From: Akkermansia muciniphila
GTDB lineage: Bacteria > Verrucomicrobiota > Kiritimatiellia > RFP12 > UBA1067
NCBI GenBank assembly: GCA_945870145.1
Contig: CAMBQV010000001.1
Span: 495 to 64,494, forward strand
Length of the DNA: 64,000 bases
Direction: 5' to 3'
Part shown: positions 30,069-39,831 of the stretch, piece by piece
Numbering within the stretch: position 1 is the first letter of the stretch
Layout: every line of letters starts with the position of its first letter
Translations under genes and position numbers: made by a program
The notes under the pieces: model-generated
Databases searched by the model: none
The model's input: the letters and a program-made list of their open reading frames with translations, nothing else
What the model was told of the DNA's origin: nothing

Positions 30069-30094
30069 AGATTTCTTAGAATCGCTAGCAGCCA

Positions 30095-31948
30095 TTAATC
30101 CGAAATCGTCACAGGAGGAGGTTCCTCCGGTTCAGGCGGATATTCAGCCATTCCTGGATTCCGCATGAGCCGTATCCACGCCACAATACTTTCAAGCGTG
30201 ACAATCACGACCAAGAGGATCAACAGCGCAGAGATAAACACGAGGAGATAGTTCTTCTTCGGCAGAAAATTATCGGTGATATTGAGTACCGCCGCCGTGA
30301 GCGTGACGACCAGCACAAAGGCCATCGGCAGGAGTGTGACCCACAGATACTTCGCCTTGCCGATCCGGATGAGAAATGCTGTGCCAACGCCAAAAGCGAT
30401 GATGGCCAACATCTGGTTTGCCACGCCAAAGAGCGGCCAAATCGTCTTCACATCACCCGTATACAGCAACCAGCCCCACGCACCTGAAAGGAGCGCGGAG
30501 AAGACGACAATATTTCCAATATGCGACTTATCCCCCAACGGCTTCCACAGGTGCCCCGCGAAATCCTGAAGCAGGTAGCGGCCTACGCGTGTCCCCGCAT
30601 CAATCGTCGTGAGGATGAAGAGCGCCTCGAACATGATGCAGAAGTGATACCAAAAGCCCATCAGCCGCTCCAGGTACGGAATCTTGTGGAAGATCCACGT
30701 CATTCCCGCAGCGAGGGTCACAGCCCCGCCTGGACGGCCCGCAAGTTCCTCCCCTGCTAGTTTCGAGAGTTCAGCGAGTTGCTCCGGCACCATGCCGAGC
30801 TTCGCAAAAGCCTCTGGACTGACGTTGATCGCGAAGTAATCAGGCATGGGGAGCACCACTGCGGCCACCAGCGCCATAATCGCGACAAAAGCCTCCAGCA
30901 ACATGGCACCATAACCAATGGGCAGAATATCGCGCTCGTTACTAATAAGCTTGGGAGTGGTACCCGAGCTAATCAAGGCATGAAATCCGGAGAGCGCACC
31001 GCACGCGATCGTCACGAAGAGGAAGGGGAAGAGCTTGCCCGGGATCACAGGTCCGCCACCGCTGATAAATTGTGTCAACGGTGGCATTTTGATTTCGGGA
31101 TGGACAATCAAGATGCCGATGGCCAAACCAAAGATCACCCCGAGCTTCATATACGTACTCAAATAATCACGAGGAAGGAGCAAAAGCCACACCGGCAAGG
31201 CGGCCGCCATGAACCCATACACAGCTAGCGCCACCGACATCGTCTTCTCATTCAAGGAGAGATAATGGGCCCAGGAGAGTTCTTTCACATAAGGACCAGC
31301 GGCCACACCGAACAAGATCAAGGTCATGCCGATCACCGTGGCCTCGACGATCTTCCCGGGACGGATGAACTTCAGGTAGAGTCCGATAAAGATGGCAACC
31401 GGGATAGTAAAGCCGACCGTAAAGGTTCCCCACGGCGAATCTTTCAACGCATTGACCACGGGAATGCCGAGGCCAGCCATGGCAATGATCAAGATGATCA
31501 GGATCGCGATGGATGTCACAAAGCCCATACGCGGACCAATAATCTCACGCCCGATCTCTGCAATGGAACGTCCTTGATGTCTCACCGAGGCGAGGAGAAT
31601 AACCACATCATGGACTGCTCCCGCCATCACCGCGCCGATAAGAATCCAGAGTGTTCCCGGCAGCCACCCGAACTGCGCAGCCAACACAGGTCCGATCAAG
31701 GGTCCCGCCCCTGCAATCGCGGCGAAATGGTGTCCCATTAAAACCCATTTATTGGTGGGCAAATAGTCATGTCCATCCTGATGCGTTTCAGAAGGCACCT
31801 TACGTTTAGGATCCAAGGCCAACACTTTCGCCGCCATAAAGGCACCCAAAAAGCGATAAGCAAGCACAAGCACCAGAGCCGAGACTAAGACCAGATAGAT
31901 TGAATTTATCATGTTGACAGTATAAGCATTCGGAGCTAACTTGGACAA
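30095..31948 (-). CDS. cstA: carbon starvation protein A (CstA family peptide/pyruvate transporter)
   Basis: YRFLGAFMAAKVLALDP...GHHFAAIAGAGPLIGPVLAAQFGWLPG and the rest are collinear with E. coli CstA. Alternative start at 31912 (MINSIY). Confidence 0.85.
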   Translation of the reverse strand: MSKLAPNAYTVNMINSIYLVLVSALVLVLAYRFLGAFMAAKVLALDPKRKVPSETHQDGHDYLPTNKWVLMGHHFAAIAGAGPLIGPVLAAQFGWLPGTLWILIGAVMAGAVHDVVILLASVRHQGRSIAEIGREIIGPRMGFVTSIAILIILIIAMAGLGIPVVNALKDSPWGTFTVGFTIPVAIFIGLYLKFIRPGKIVEATVIGMTLILFGVAAGPYVKELSWAHYLSLNEKTMSVALAVYGFMAAALPVWLLLLPRDYLSTYMKLGVIFGLAIGILIVHPEIKMPPLTQFISGGGPVIPGKLFPFLFVTIACGALSGFHALISSGTTPKLISNERDILPIGYGAMLLEAFVAIMALVAAVVLPMPDYFAINVSPEAFAKLGMVPEQLAELSKLAGEELAGRPGGAVTLAAGMTWIFHKIPYLERLMGFWYHFCIMFEALFILTTIDAGTRVGRYLLQDFAGHLWKPLGDKSHIGNIVVFSALLSGAWGWLLYTGDVKTIWPLFGVANQMLAIIAFGVGTAFLIRIGKAKYLWVTLLPMAFVLVVTLTAAVLNITDNFLPKKNYLLVFISALLILLVVIVTLESIVAWIRLMRNPGMAEYPPEPEEPPPVTISD

Positions 31949-32033
31949 GTCCAGAATTCTGCAGTGGCAAAATTCTCAAAAACACTCTAATCCAGAACCA
32001 TGCTCTGTGAGAACCAATGAGTTACGCTTTTCC

Positions 32034-32076
32034 GAAAACAAAAAAAGCCCCGCAGAGCACGAATGCTCGCGGGGCT
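32034..32076 (-). terminator. intrinsic terminator downstream of PFOR gene
   Basis: Minus-strand GCCCCGCGAGCA-TTCG-TGCTCTGCGGGGC hairpin followed by TTTTTTTGTTTTC. Confidence 0.6.
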
Positions 32077-32099
32077 TGTTCTTTTATAAGAGGTAGACC

Positions 32100-35000
32100 T
32101 TATGACTGGGGCATATTCGCCAAGTTCTGAAGCATGGTGTAGTTGTCCCTGAAGAGCGCCTCTGCATTCTTCAACATCGCTTCGCCATTCGGGTTGAGCG
32201 CGAGGAGCTGCTTAAAGCGGTTCTCCTTGAGTGCGGTCTCCGCGAAGGACTGGGTCGGCGCCTTGCTGTCCAACTGCAACGGATTCTTGCCTTCGGCCTT
32301 GAGTTCCGGATTGTAGCGATACAGCGGGAAGTGACCTGTCTCGACAGCGATCTTCTGGTGTTCAAAACCAGCGACCATGTCGATACCATGCGCGATACAG
32401 TGCGAGTACGCAATGATCAAAGCCGGACCGTCATACGCTTCTGCTTCTGCAAAGGCCTTGACCGTTGCAGCCGCATTGGCGCCCATGCTGACCTGCGCGA
32501 CATAGATGTTCTTGTAGGTCATGGAGATCATGCCGAGGTTCTTCTTCATCTGGCCCTTACCGGAAGCAGCGAACTTCGCGATCGCGCCGAGCGGCGTGGA
32601 CTTTGAAGCCTGTCCGCCAGTGTTGGAATAGACTTCGGTATCGAGAACGAGGATCTTGATATTACGGCCCGTCGCGAGCACGTGATCCAGACCGCCGTAA
32701 CCGATATCATAAGCCCAACCGTCACCGCCGATCGCCCAGACCGACTTACGGATGAGATAATCAGCGACACCCAACAGGTTCTTGCAGATTACGCAGTCAC
32801 AACCGCAGGCGCTGAGCTGCTTCTTCAGTTCAGCCACGAGTGCGCGCATCGCTTCAACACCTTCAGGAGCCGTTTGATCAACACCCTTGATCTTCTGTGC
32901 GACGTCCTTCAGAGCGGCAGGAGCCTTCTCTGTAGCAATCACCTGATCGATCAGCTCGAGCGCATAGACATTGAGCTTATCTGCAGTCAGACGCATACCC
33001 AACGCGAACTCTGCGTTATCCTCGAAGAGCGAGTTGGCCCATGCGGGTCCGCGTCCATCTTCGCGCTGGCAGTACGGCGTGGTGGGCAGGTTACCACCAT
33101 AGATTGACGAGCAACCCGTGGCGTTACCAATGAGCAACCGATCACCGACCAACTGGGTGAGCAGCTTGATGTAAGGCGTTTCACCACATCCTGCGCAGGC
33201 GCCCGAGAACTCGAAGAGCGGACGCTTGAGCTGGCTGCCCTGGATCGTGGTCGAACTGATCTTCGAGCCATCGGCTTCCGGCAGGGAGAGGAAGAAGTGG
33301 AAGTTGGCTGCCTCAGAGGCGCGGAGCGGGATCTGATCCGCCATGTTGATCGCCTTCTTCGTCGCATCAGCCTTGTTCTTGGCTGGGCAACGCGCTACGC
33401 AGAGTCCGCAACCTGTGCAATCTTCCGGAGCGCACTGGATCGTGAACTTCATACCAGGGAAGGCCTTGCCGATCACACCCTTTGCATCCACTGACTTGAA
33501 GGTCGCAGGTGCGCCGGTGAGTTTCGCCGGATCATAAACCTTGCCGCGGATTGCGGCATGGGGGCAGACCAGGGAGCACTGCGTGCACTGGATACAGGTG
33601 TCAGGATCCCAAACCGGGATCTCGGTGGCAATATTACGCTTTTCCCACTGCGTGGTTGCGGTCGGCCAGGTACCATCATTAGGCATCTGGGAGACAGGGA
33701 TCGCATCGCCACGCTGAGCCATAATCTCAGCCGTGACACTCTTGACAAAGGCTGGGGCTTCATCCGACACAACCTTCGGCATCTTGATCTTGCCAGCGGG
33801 TGTGGAGGGATAGCTGACCTTCTTCACAGCGTCAGAAGCAGCGTCGATAGCGTCCCAATTCTTCTTGACGACTGCCTCGCCCTTGCTTCCGTAGCTCTTC
33901 TTTGCAGCCTTCTTCAGGGCGTTGATCGCCTCATCTGGAGGAAGGATACCGGAAATCTTGAAGAACGCGGTCTGCATGATGGTGTTGATGCGTCCGCCAA
34001 GATTCAATTCATGATCGAGCTTGAGGGCATTGACCACATAGAAGTTGAGTTTCTTGTCGATGATCTGCTTCTCGATTTCGTCGGGCATCTTGTCCCAGAC
34101 TTCGTTCGCCTCAAAGGGCGAAGCGAGCAGGAAGGTGCCGCCGGGCTTGATGTTCGCGAGCATGTCATACTTCTCAAGGAAGGAGAAGTTATGGCAAGCC
34201 ACAAAGTCAGGCTTGGTGCAAAGGTAGGTGCTGCGGATCAGCTGGGGACCGAAACGGAGATGAGAAACCGTGATTGCGCCAGCCTTCTTTGAATCATAGA
34301 CGAAGTAGCCTTGAGCAAAGTTCTCGGTGTCATCGCCAATGATCTTGATCGAGTTCTTGTTCGCGCCAACGGTTCCATCTGATCCGAGACCGTAGAACAT
34401 GCACTCTTTACGGCCTTCATCCGCGAGGGTGAAGGGCAGAACCTTAAGGCTCAGGCCAGTAAGATCGTCGTTGATGCCCACGCAGAAGTGGTTCATCGGC
34501 GTTGCTGTCTTGGCATTGTCAAAGACAGCCTTGACCATGGCCGGGGTGAACTCCTTGGAGCCCAGGCCGTAGCGACCACCAAAGGTCGGGATCCAGGACT
34601 TGATATCCGCCAGCTTGTACTGCATGATCTCGCCCATGGCTGTACGGACATCCACATAGAGCGGTTCGCCGATGGAGCCAGGCTCTTTCGTGCGATCGAG
34701 AACGGTGAGCGTCTTGACGTTGGTCGGAAGCGCCATGGCGAAGGCCTTCGCATCGAACGGACGGAAGAGACGAACCTTGATGACGCCGACCTTCTCGCCC
34801 TTTTGGGTGAGTTCTTCGACGGTTTCATGAACGGTCTCAGCGCCGGAACCAATGATCACGATGACGTGTTCAGCATCTGCTGCGCCAACATAATCGAAAA
34901 GCTTGTATTGACGGCCCGTGAGCTTGGCAAACTTGTCCATCTGCTTCTGGACGATCCCGGCGGTCGCGTTGTAGAAGGTGTTGACTGTTTCGCGGCCCTG

Positions 35001-35675
35001 GAAATAAACGTCCGGATTCTGAGCCGTACCGCGGATAACAGGCTTCTCAGGATTCAGCGCGCGGGCGCGATGCGCGGAGATGAGGTTGTCGTCAATCATC
35101 GCGCGGATGGTCGCCTGCTCAACCTGATCAATCTTCTGCACTTCATGGGAGGTACGGAAACCGTCAAAGAAGTGAAGGAAGGGGATGCGGGATTCAAGGG
35201 TCGCCGCGTGGGAGATGGTGGCCATGTCCATGACTTCCTGGACGCTGTTCGAGGCCAACATGGCAAAACCGGTCTGGCGGCAAGCCATGACGTCGCCATG
35301 ATCGCCGAAGATCGAGAGACCCTGCATTGCAAGGGCGCGGGCCGTGACATGGAAGACGGTCGGCGTCAGTTCGCCAGCGATCTTATACATGTTCGGGATC
35401 ATCAGGAGCAATCCCTGGGAGGCTGTAAAGGTGGTGGTGAGTGCGCCGGTGGTCAACGCGCCATGCACTGCGCCAGCTGCGCCGCCTTCAGACTGCAACT
35501 CGATCACATGTGGCACGGAACCCCAGAGATTCTTCACGCCCTTGGCGGACCACTCATCGGACCATTCTCCCATGGGCGAGGAGGGGGTGATCGGATAGAT
35601 AGCAGCGACTTCACTGCATGCGAATGCGACTTCGGCAGCGGCTTGATTGCCGTCAACCATGATTTTCTTAGCCAT
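32100..35675 (-). CDS. nifJ: pyruvate:ferredoxin (flavodoxin) oxidoreductase, single-polypeptide PFOR
   Basis: 1191 aa; N-terminus MAKKIMVDGNQAAAEVAFACSEVAAIYPITPSSPMGEWSDEW; two ferredoxin CxxCxxCxxxCP motifs; TPP domain; AGGAG RBS. Confidence 0.9.
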   Translation of the reverse strand: MAKKIMVDGNQAAAEVAFACSEVAAIYPITPSSPMGEWSDEWSAKGVKNLWGSVPHVIELQSEGGAAGAVHGALTTGALTTTFTASQGLLLMIPNMYKIAGELTPTVFHVTARALAMQGLSIFGDHGDVMACRQTGFAMLASNSVQEVMDMATISHAATLESRIPFLHFFDGFRTSHEVQKIDQVEQATIRAMIDDNLISAHRARALNPEKPVIRGTAQNPDVYFQGRETVNTFYNATAGIVQKQMDKFAKLTGRQYKLFDYVGAADAEHVIVIIGSGAETVHETVEELTQKGEKVGVIKVRLFRPFDAKAFAMALPTNVKTLTVLDRTKEPGSIGEPLYVDVRTAMGEIMQYKLADIKSWIPTFGGRYGLGSKEFTPAMVKAVFDNAKTATPMNHFCVGINDDLTGLSLKVLPFTLADEGRKECMFYGLGSDGTVGANKNSIKIIGDDTENFAQGYFVYDSKKAGAITVSHLRFGPQLIRSTYLCTKPDFVACHNFSFLEKYDMLANIKPGGTFLLASPFEANEVWDKMPDEIEKQIIDKKLNFYVVNALKLDHELNLGGRINTIMQTAFFKISGILPPDEAINALKKAAKKSYGSKGEAVVKKNWDAIDAASDAVKKVSYPSTPAGKIKMPKVVSDEAPAFVKSVTAEIMAQRGDAIPVSQMPNDGTWPTATTQWEKRNIATEIPVWDPDTCIQCTQCSLVCPHAAIRGKVYDPAKLTGAPATFKSVDAKGVIGKAFPGMKFTIQCAPEDCTGCGLCVARCPAKNKADATKKAINMADQIPLRASEAANFHFFLSLPEADGSKISSTTIQGSQLKRPLFEFSGACAGCGETPYIKLLTQLVGDRLLIGNATGCSSIYGGNLPTTPYCQREDGRGPAWANSLFEDNAEFALGMRLTADKLNVYALELIDQVIATEKAPAALKDVAQKIKGVDQTAPEGVEAMRALVAELKKQLSACGCDCVICKNLLGVADYLIRKSVWAIGGDGWAYDIGYGGLDHVLATGRNIKILVLDTEVYSNTGGQASKSTPLGAIAKFAASGKGQMKKNLGMISMTYKNIYVAQVSMGANAAATVKAFAEAEAYDGPALIIAYSHCIAHGIDMVAGFEHQKIAVETGHFPLYRYNPELKAEGKNPLQLDSKAPTQSFAETALKENRFKQLLALNPNGEAMLKNAEALFRDNYTMLQNLANMPQS

Positions 35676-35869
35676 GTTCTATTTCTCCTTAGTTTAAAAC
35701 TGTAGGTCTATCTCTTTCGGTCCACGAAACATGAATTTTAATTCCGTCTCTTCTCCTGAATCCAGAACAAAAAGAAACCTATTTTTATAAAAAAAACGAG
35801 CTTATAAGTTACCCCAATTAGGGGGTAATGTCAATCTGCGAACCCCTGAAAAGGAGTTTTTTCGCCTTT

Positions 35870-36502
35870 TTAGCCTTGGACTCCCCTTTTTTTGCATATT
35901 AGCAAGAGGAGGCCGGAGACCAAGATGGCTGCACCAAAAGCAGGAAAGAAGGAGTCCGTCACTTTTCCCCAGGTCCCTATCGCGGCATAAACCGCTGAAA
36001 CTGTCAGGTTACCGATCGATGCCACCCCCATCACGTGCAGGAAGGGTTGTCGGGCCACCCCGCTGAAGAGCACAGAGGTTTCCGCCAACATCGGAACAGG
36101 GCGGAGGGCCAGCAGCATCCAGAGTCCGTAACGGTCATAAAAGGATGCCATCAGCCTCTTTTCCCGCTCGCCAAGCCAGCGCGTGGCCTTGCCTGAGGCG
36201 GCAACACCCAGCAGGTAACCGAGGATTGTGCTGATGGTCATCCCTAAGAACGAGGCGACCAAACCGCCCCAGAAACCCAACGCGAGGCCACACGCCACGC
36301 TTGCTAGGCTGGAGGGGACCGGGAGGAGAATGTCCAAGGCCAGCAGAGCCGTCAACCACCCACCCGCTTGCCACGGATGGGAGGAGGCTTGCTGGATCAC
36401 ACGGTCGGTCCATGCGTCAATCGCTGGACCATAGAGCCAAAAGGAAACCCCAATCAGGACAAGGATGACCAGAGCCATTAAAATTGTACGTTTATAAGGC
36501 AC
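35870..36502 (-). CDS. DedA/TVP38/TMEM64 family membrane protein
   Basis: 210 aa, multiple TM helices; LLPVPSSLASVACGLALGF resembles the SNARE-associated/DedA core. Confidence 0.65.
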   Translation of the reverse strand: MPYKRTILMALVILVLIGVSFWLYGPAIDAWTDRVIQQASSHPWQAGGWLTALLALDILLPVPSSLASVACGLALGFWGGLVASFLGMTISTILGYLLGVAASGKATRWLGEREKRLMASFYDRYGLWMLLALRPVPMLAETSVLFSGVARQPFLHVMGVASIGNLTVSAVYAAIGTWGKVTDSFFPAFGAAILVSGLLLLICKKRGVQG

Positions 36503-36530
36503 ATGCCCCTTCCCTATAACTTCGTTTAGA

Positions 36531-36646
36531 ATTGCCTTATTACCGCTTCGCTTTCGGCGTTCGCCTAATGGTTACGGCTACGTAACGAGCCTCATTGCCT
36601 TATTGCCTTATTTTTAACATTCGTGTGGTTCGTGCCATTCGGATGC
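36531..36646. repeat. ATTGCCTTATT repeats plus dispersed 34-bp repeat (inverted copy of 62586-62616)
   Basis: attgccttatt at 36531 and 36592-36613. cattcgtgtggttcgtgccattcggatgct (36617-36646) is the reverse complement of agcatccgaatagcacgaaccacacgaatg at 62584-62613. Confidence 0.45.
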
Positions 36647-36692
36647 TAAAAAAGTTGGCAGTCAGTTTGTCCCCGTTTGGCGAGCGGGGAGC

Positions 36693-38228
36693 TTACTTTA
36701 ATGGCGCGGCTTTTTCGAGTTCGCGGATGAGGGGCAGGAGCTTGTCGTAGATCGCGGCGGTCTCGGACTGAGGCAGGCAGACATCGCTCACAGGCGAGAA
36801 GGCCTCGGTCATCTTGGCCAGCGGGACGCCGTCAGCATGAGCAGCCATCATCGCGCCACCCAAAGCCGCAGAGTCAGCAACCGCGATACTCTCCACGCGG
36901 GCTTGGAAGACGTTCGCCAGTGTCTGGCGGATACCAGGACTCTTTGATGCGCCGCCGGTCACACGAATACTCTTGAAGGTACCGATCCAGGCTGCATGGC
37001 TCCTGAGGGCCAAGGCCTGGCCTTCCACAGTCGCACGGATACGCACCTCTGGCTTGGCTGCGGCAAAGTCAAAGTTCGCACGCAATCCAGGCGTCAGCAC
37101 AGGCGGGGTGATCTCGGCCTCGAACCAGGGCAGGGCCAATTGTCCGTTATTCCCGGCGGGGGTCAGCTCAAAGGCTGTCTTATCAAAGAAACTCCATTCC
37201 GCACCGGCCTCCTTGCGCACACGGTCGCGGGCCAGCGAACCATTCTTGAAGCAAGCGAGACTCATGCAACCACCGGCAGGATTTCCGAAGACGTGGCCAC
37301 ACCCCTCAGGATCCGTGCTAAACCGCTCTAACGAGGAGAAGAAGGTATCGCTCGTCCCAAGGCTGATCACGGCAACGCCAGCGCTCCAAGCGCCTGTACC
37401 AACCAAACTGGCGGGATTGTCACCCGTCCAGACCGCCACAGGGATACCGGCCTTGAGACCGTATTTTTCAAAATAGGGCTGTAACTTCCCTGCCACGCCA
37501 CCAGCAACAGGAGGCAACTTCGAAAGCAAGCCAGGGGCGGTAAACTCCGTAATCGCCGAATCCCACGTGTTGGTCTTGAGATTCAGAAGATTCATGCCTG
37601 CGCCGTCACCACGATCAATCGGCGCGTCCTTGCCGATTAGCACCGAGCAGAGGAAGGAGCTGACCAAGTGGATACGGGCGGTCTGCGCATAGTGTTCAGG
37701 CTCCTGCTTGGCGAACTTACGGATCTGGGGACCTGTAAAACGCTCAATGGCGGGAGACCCTGTATCGGCCTGGAGGCGCGCCCCAAAAGCCTTGTCCAAT
37801 TCGCGGCACTCGGCAGAGGTCGAGCTGTCCATCCAGATCGGCGAGGTCGGACGCGAGAGCGTTCCCGTCAACTGTTCCGACAGCGACGCACTTGAATTCA
37901 ACGTGGCCACAACCGTCGTGAAGGTGCTATTGAGATAGACTGAACCATGCTGCTGGCCGTCACCACCAATGGCGGCAATCTTCTCCATGGCTAGGCCGCT
38001 CTTCTGCAAACGGGACAACATCAGATCCAAGGCCGCCAGCCACATCATCGGATCCGAATGCTTCACCAGTGGATCCGGATTCGCGAGAACTCCATCCGGG
38101 CAATTGAAATGGGGCAGATCCGCCTTGAAGTTGACGCTTGCGCTACCGACGATTTTTCCTGCTGAAGGGTCAATGACAAGTCCCTTCAAACTCTGTGTGC
38201 TACTATCAATCCCTAAATAATATGACAT
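36693..38228 (-). CDS. D-xylulose kinase, eukaryotic XKS1/XYLB-like FGGY kinase
   Basis: GIDSSTQSLKG, GGDGQQHGSVY, PIWMDSSTSAECRELD, ERFTGPQIRKF, GMNLL, WTGDNPASLVG, SLGTSDT and CFKNGSLARD blocks are collinear with human XYLB and yeast Xks1 rather than bacterial XylB. Confidence 0.8.
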   Translation of the reverse strand: MSYYLGIDSSTQSLKGLVIDPSAGKIVGSASVNFKADLPHFNCPDGVLANPDPLVKHSDPMMWLAALDLMLSRLQKSGLAMEKIAAIGGDGQQHGSVYLNSTFTTVVATLNSSASLSEQLTGTLSRPTSPIWMDSSTSAECRELDKAFGARLQADTGSPAIERFTGPQIRKFAKQEPEHYAQTARIHLVSSFLCSVLIGKDAPIDRGDGAGMNLLNLKTNTWDSAITEFTAPGLLSKLPPVAGGVAGKLQPYFEKYGLKAGIPVAVWTGDNPASLVGTGAWSAGVAVISLGTSDTFFSSLERFSTDPEGCGHVFGNPAGGCMSLACFKNGSLARDRVRKEAGAEWSFFDKTAFELTPAGNNGQLALPWFEAEITPPVLTPGLRANFDFAAAKPEVRIRATVEGQALALRSHAAWIGTFKSIRVTGGASKSPGIRQTLANVFQARVESIAVADSAALGGAMMAAHADGVPLAKMTEAFSPVSDVCLPQSETAAIYDKLLPLIRELEKAAPLK

Positions 38229-38304
38229 CTTCTAGCTCCTTTTTTTAATGAGAATATGAGTTTTTATTGAAAAATACAAGTTCAGAGTCAGGGGGTGTCT
38301 GGTT

Positions 38305-39768
38305 TTAACCAAGCTCCTCAAATTTTCCTGACACAACGAGGAACTTCTTAAACAACTCATCATACTGCTGCGCAACAACCGAATCCGGCTGGTGACGTTC
38401 CGCTGGCTGGGCCAACGTGTCCATGATTGAGAAGTCCTTCCAGACACCCGTGCCAATTCCCGCCAAGACCGCTGCACCCAGCGCGGCACATTGTTGCCCG
38501 ATCGTAGTACGCATGACTTCTACGTTATAGATATCCGCCGTGAGCTGTCGTGTGAAGGCCGCGTTGGCCCCGCCTCCCACAAGAATGAGGGGCTCTTTGA
38601 CCTCTGTCAGCTTTTTCAACTCGGTCAGCACATTGCGCAATCCCAGTGCGATGCCCTCTTGGGTGGCGCGCAAAAGATCCGCGCGCGTGTGGCGAAGTTC
38701 GAGTCCAACAAAGCCCCCTCTACCCTTAGGACCTGAAAGCGTAGGTATGAAGAAAACCCCGTTTGCTCCAATCGGCGAGGTCGCGGACTCCGCATCAATT
38801 TCTTTGTAGCTCAGTTCTTTGGCCATGATGCCCTTGACCCAGTTGAAGGCCGTACCTGCCGAAAAGATGGCCAATGCGGAGACATACTGTCCGGGCGCAA
38901 CATGGTCAAAGACATACGACCGTTTCACATCGTCTAGGAGCGGCTTGGAATCGGAGACTGCGATCCAGCTCGACGACCCGAGCGAATTATAGGCGCGTCC
39001 GTCACGGAAGGCTCCTGCGCCCAAACTCATGCACGAGTTGTCCACACCACCTGCAACCACTTTGACAGACTGCGACAAACCCAACGCCTGTGCAGCTTCA
39101 GACGTCAGCGTGCCGAGCACCTGCGTGGAGGGGACGATCTTCGGCAAGACCGATGGCGGCAGCCCAGTCGCCGCAACCAAGCGCTGCGAATAGGCGCGCG
39201 CCTTTAAATCATAGACGCCACTGCCCGAGGCATACGATTGATCCGTGGCACAGACGCCCGTCAGTTTGTAGTTGATGTAATCCTTGGTGCCGAGCACAAC
39301 CGCAATCTTCTGAAACATCTCAGGTTCATGTTCCTGAAACCACATCAGCTTGAAAGCGGAATAGAGCGCGGCAGGGAAGCCGTTCCCCGTCATGCGATAC
39401 CACTCGATTTCTGGGATAGCCTTAAATACACGCTTGGCCTGTTCACCTGCGCGAGCATCCGACCAGATCGGCGTGCGGGCCCTCAGTAACATGCCCGACT
39501 TGTCCAAGGGGACGACCCCGAGGCTATGGCCTGAGATACCAATGCCGACAATCTGTTGTTTCACTTCTGCGGTAAGCGTGTCCAAGAGTTTACGGGTACT
39601 ACTCAACGTCGCTTGCCACCACGCCTCGGGTTCCTGCTCATGAAAGCCAGGGGCTGGATAATAGGTCGGGTAACTGTCGAAACCATCAGCGATGCAGGCT
39701 CCCTTTTCATCATAGAGCGAGACCTTGATGCCACCTGTGCCAAAATCATACGCCAAGAGATAGTTCAT
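38305..39768 (-). CDS. FGGY family carbohydrate kinase (pentulose/fuculose/gluconate-kinase-like; substrate unresolved)
   Basis: MNYLLAYDFGTGGIKVSLYD N-terminal ATPase motif and ILVGGGANAAFTRQL C-terminal motif. Confidence 0.75.
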   Translation of the reverse strand: MNYLLAYDFGTGGIKVSLYDEKGACIADGFDSYPTYYPAPGFHEQEPEAWWQATLSSTRKLLDTLTAEVKQQIVGIGISGHSLGVVPLDKSGMLLRARTPIWSDARAGEQAKRVFKAIPEIEWYRMTGNGFPAALYSAFKLMWFQEHEPEMFQKIAVVLGTKDYINYKLTGVCATDQSYASGSGVYDLKARAYSQRLVAATGLPPSVLPKIVPSTQVLGTLTSEAAQALGLSQSVKVVAGGVDNSCMSLGAGAFRDGRAYNSLGSSSWIAVSDSKPLLDDVKRSYVFDHVAPGQYVSALAIFSAGTAFNWVKGIMAKELSYKEIDAESATSPIGANGVFFIPTLSGPKGRGGFVGLELRHTRADLLRATQEGIALGLRNVLTELKKLTEVKEPLILVGGGANAAFTRQLTADIYNVEVMRTTIGQQCAALGAAVLAGIGTGVWKDFSIMDTLAQPAERHQPDSVVAQQYDELFKKFLVVSGKFEELG

Positions 39769-39831
39769 GCGTCATAGTATACGCGTTTGATGCGCTTATA
39801 TTCAAGGTGCATTTTTTCAATAAATCCGTAC

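Noticed and set aside
31949-32099. tRNA or small RNA in intergenic gaps (also 36503-36692 and 60924-61240)
   Set aside because: No cloverleaf-compatible sequence or GTTCGAATC-type T-loop found; the regions are explained by the terminator or repeats.
34488-35705. 405-aa plus-strand ORF
   Set aside because: Antisense to the PFOR gene; Arg/Gly-rich low-complexity translation typical of GC-rich antisense frames.
35676-35869. Possible terminator downstream of DedA gene / promoter of PFOR gene
   Set aside because: Short hairpin TACCCC-CTAATT-GGGGTA lacks an adjacent U-tract; too weak to call.
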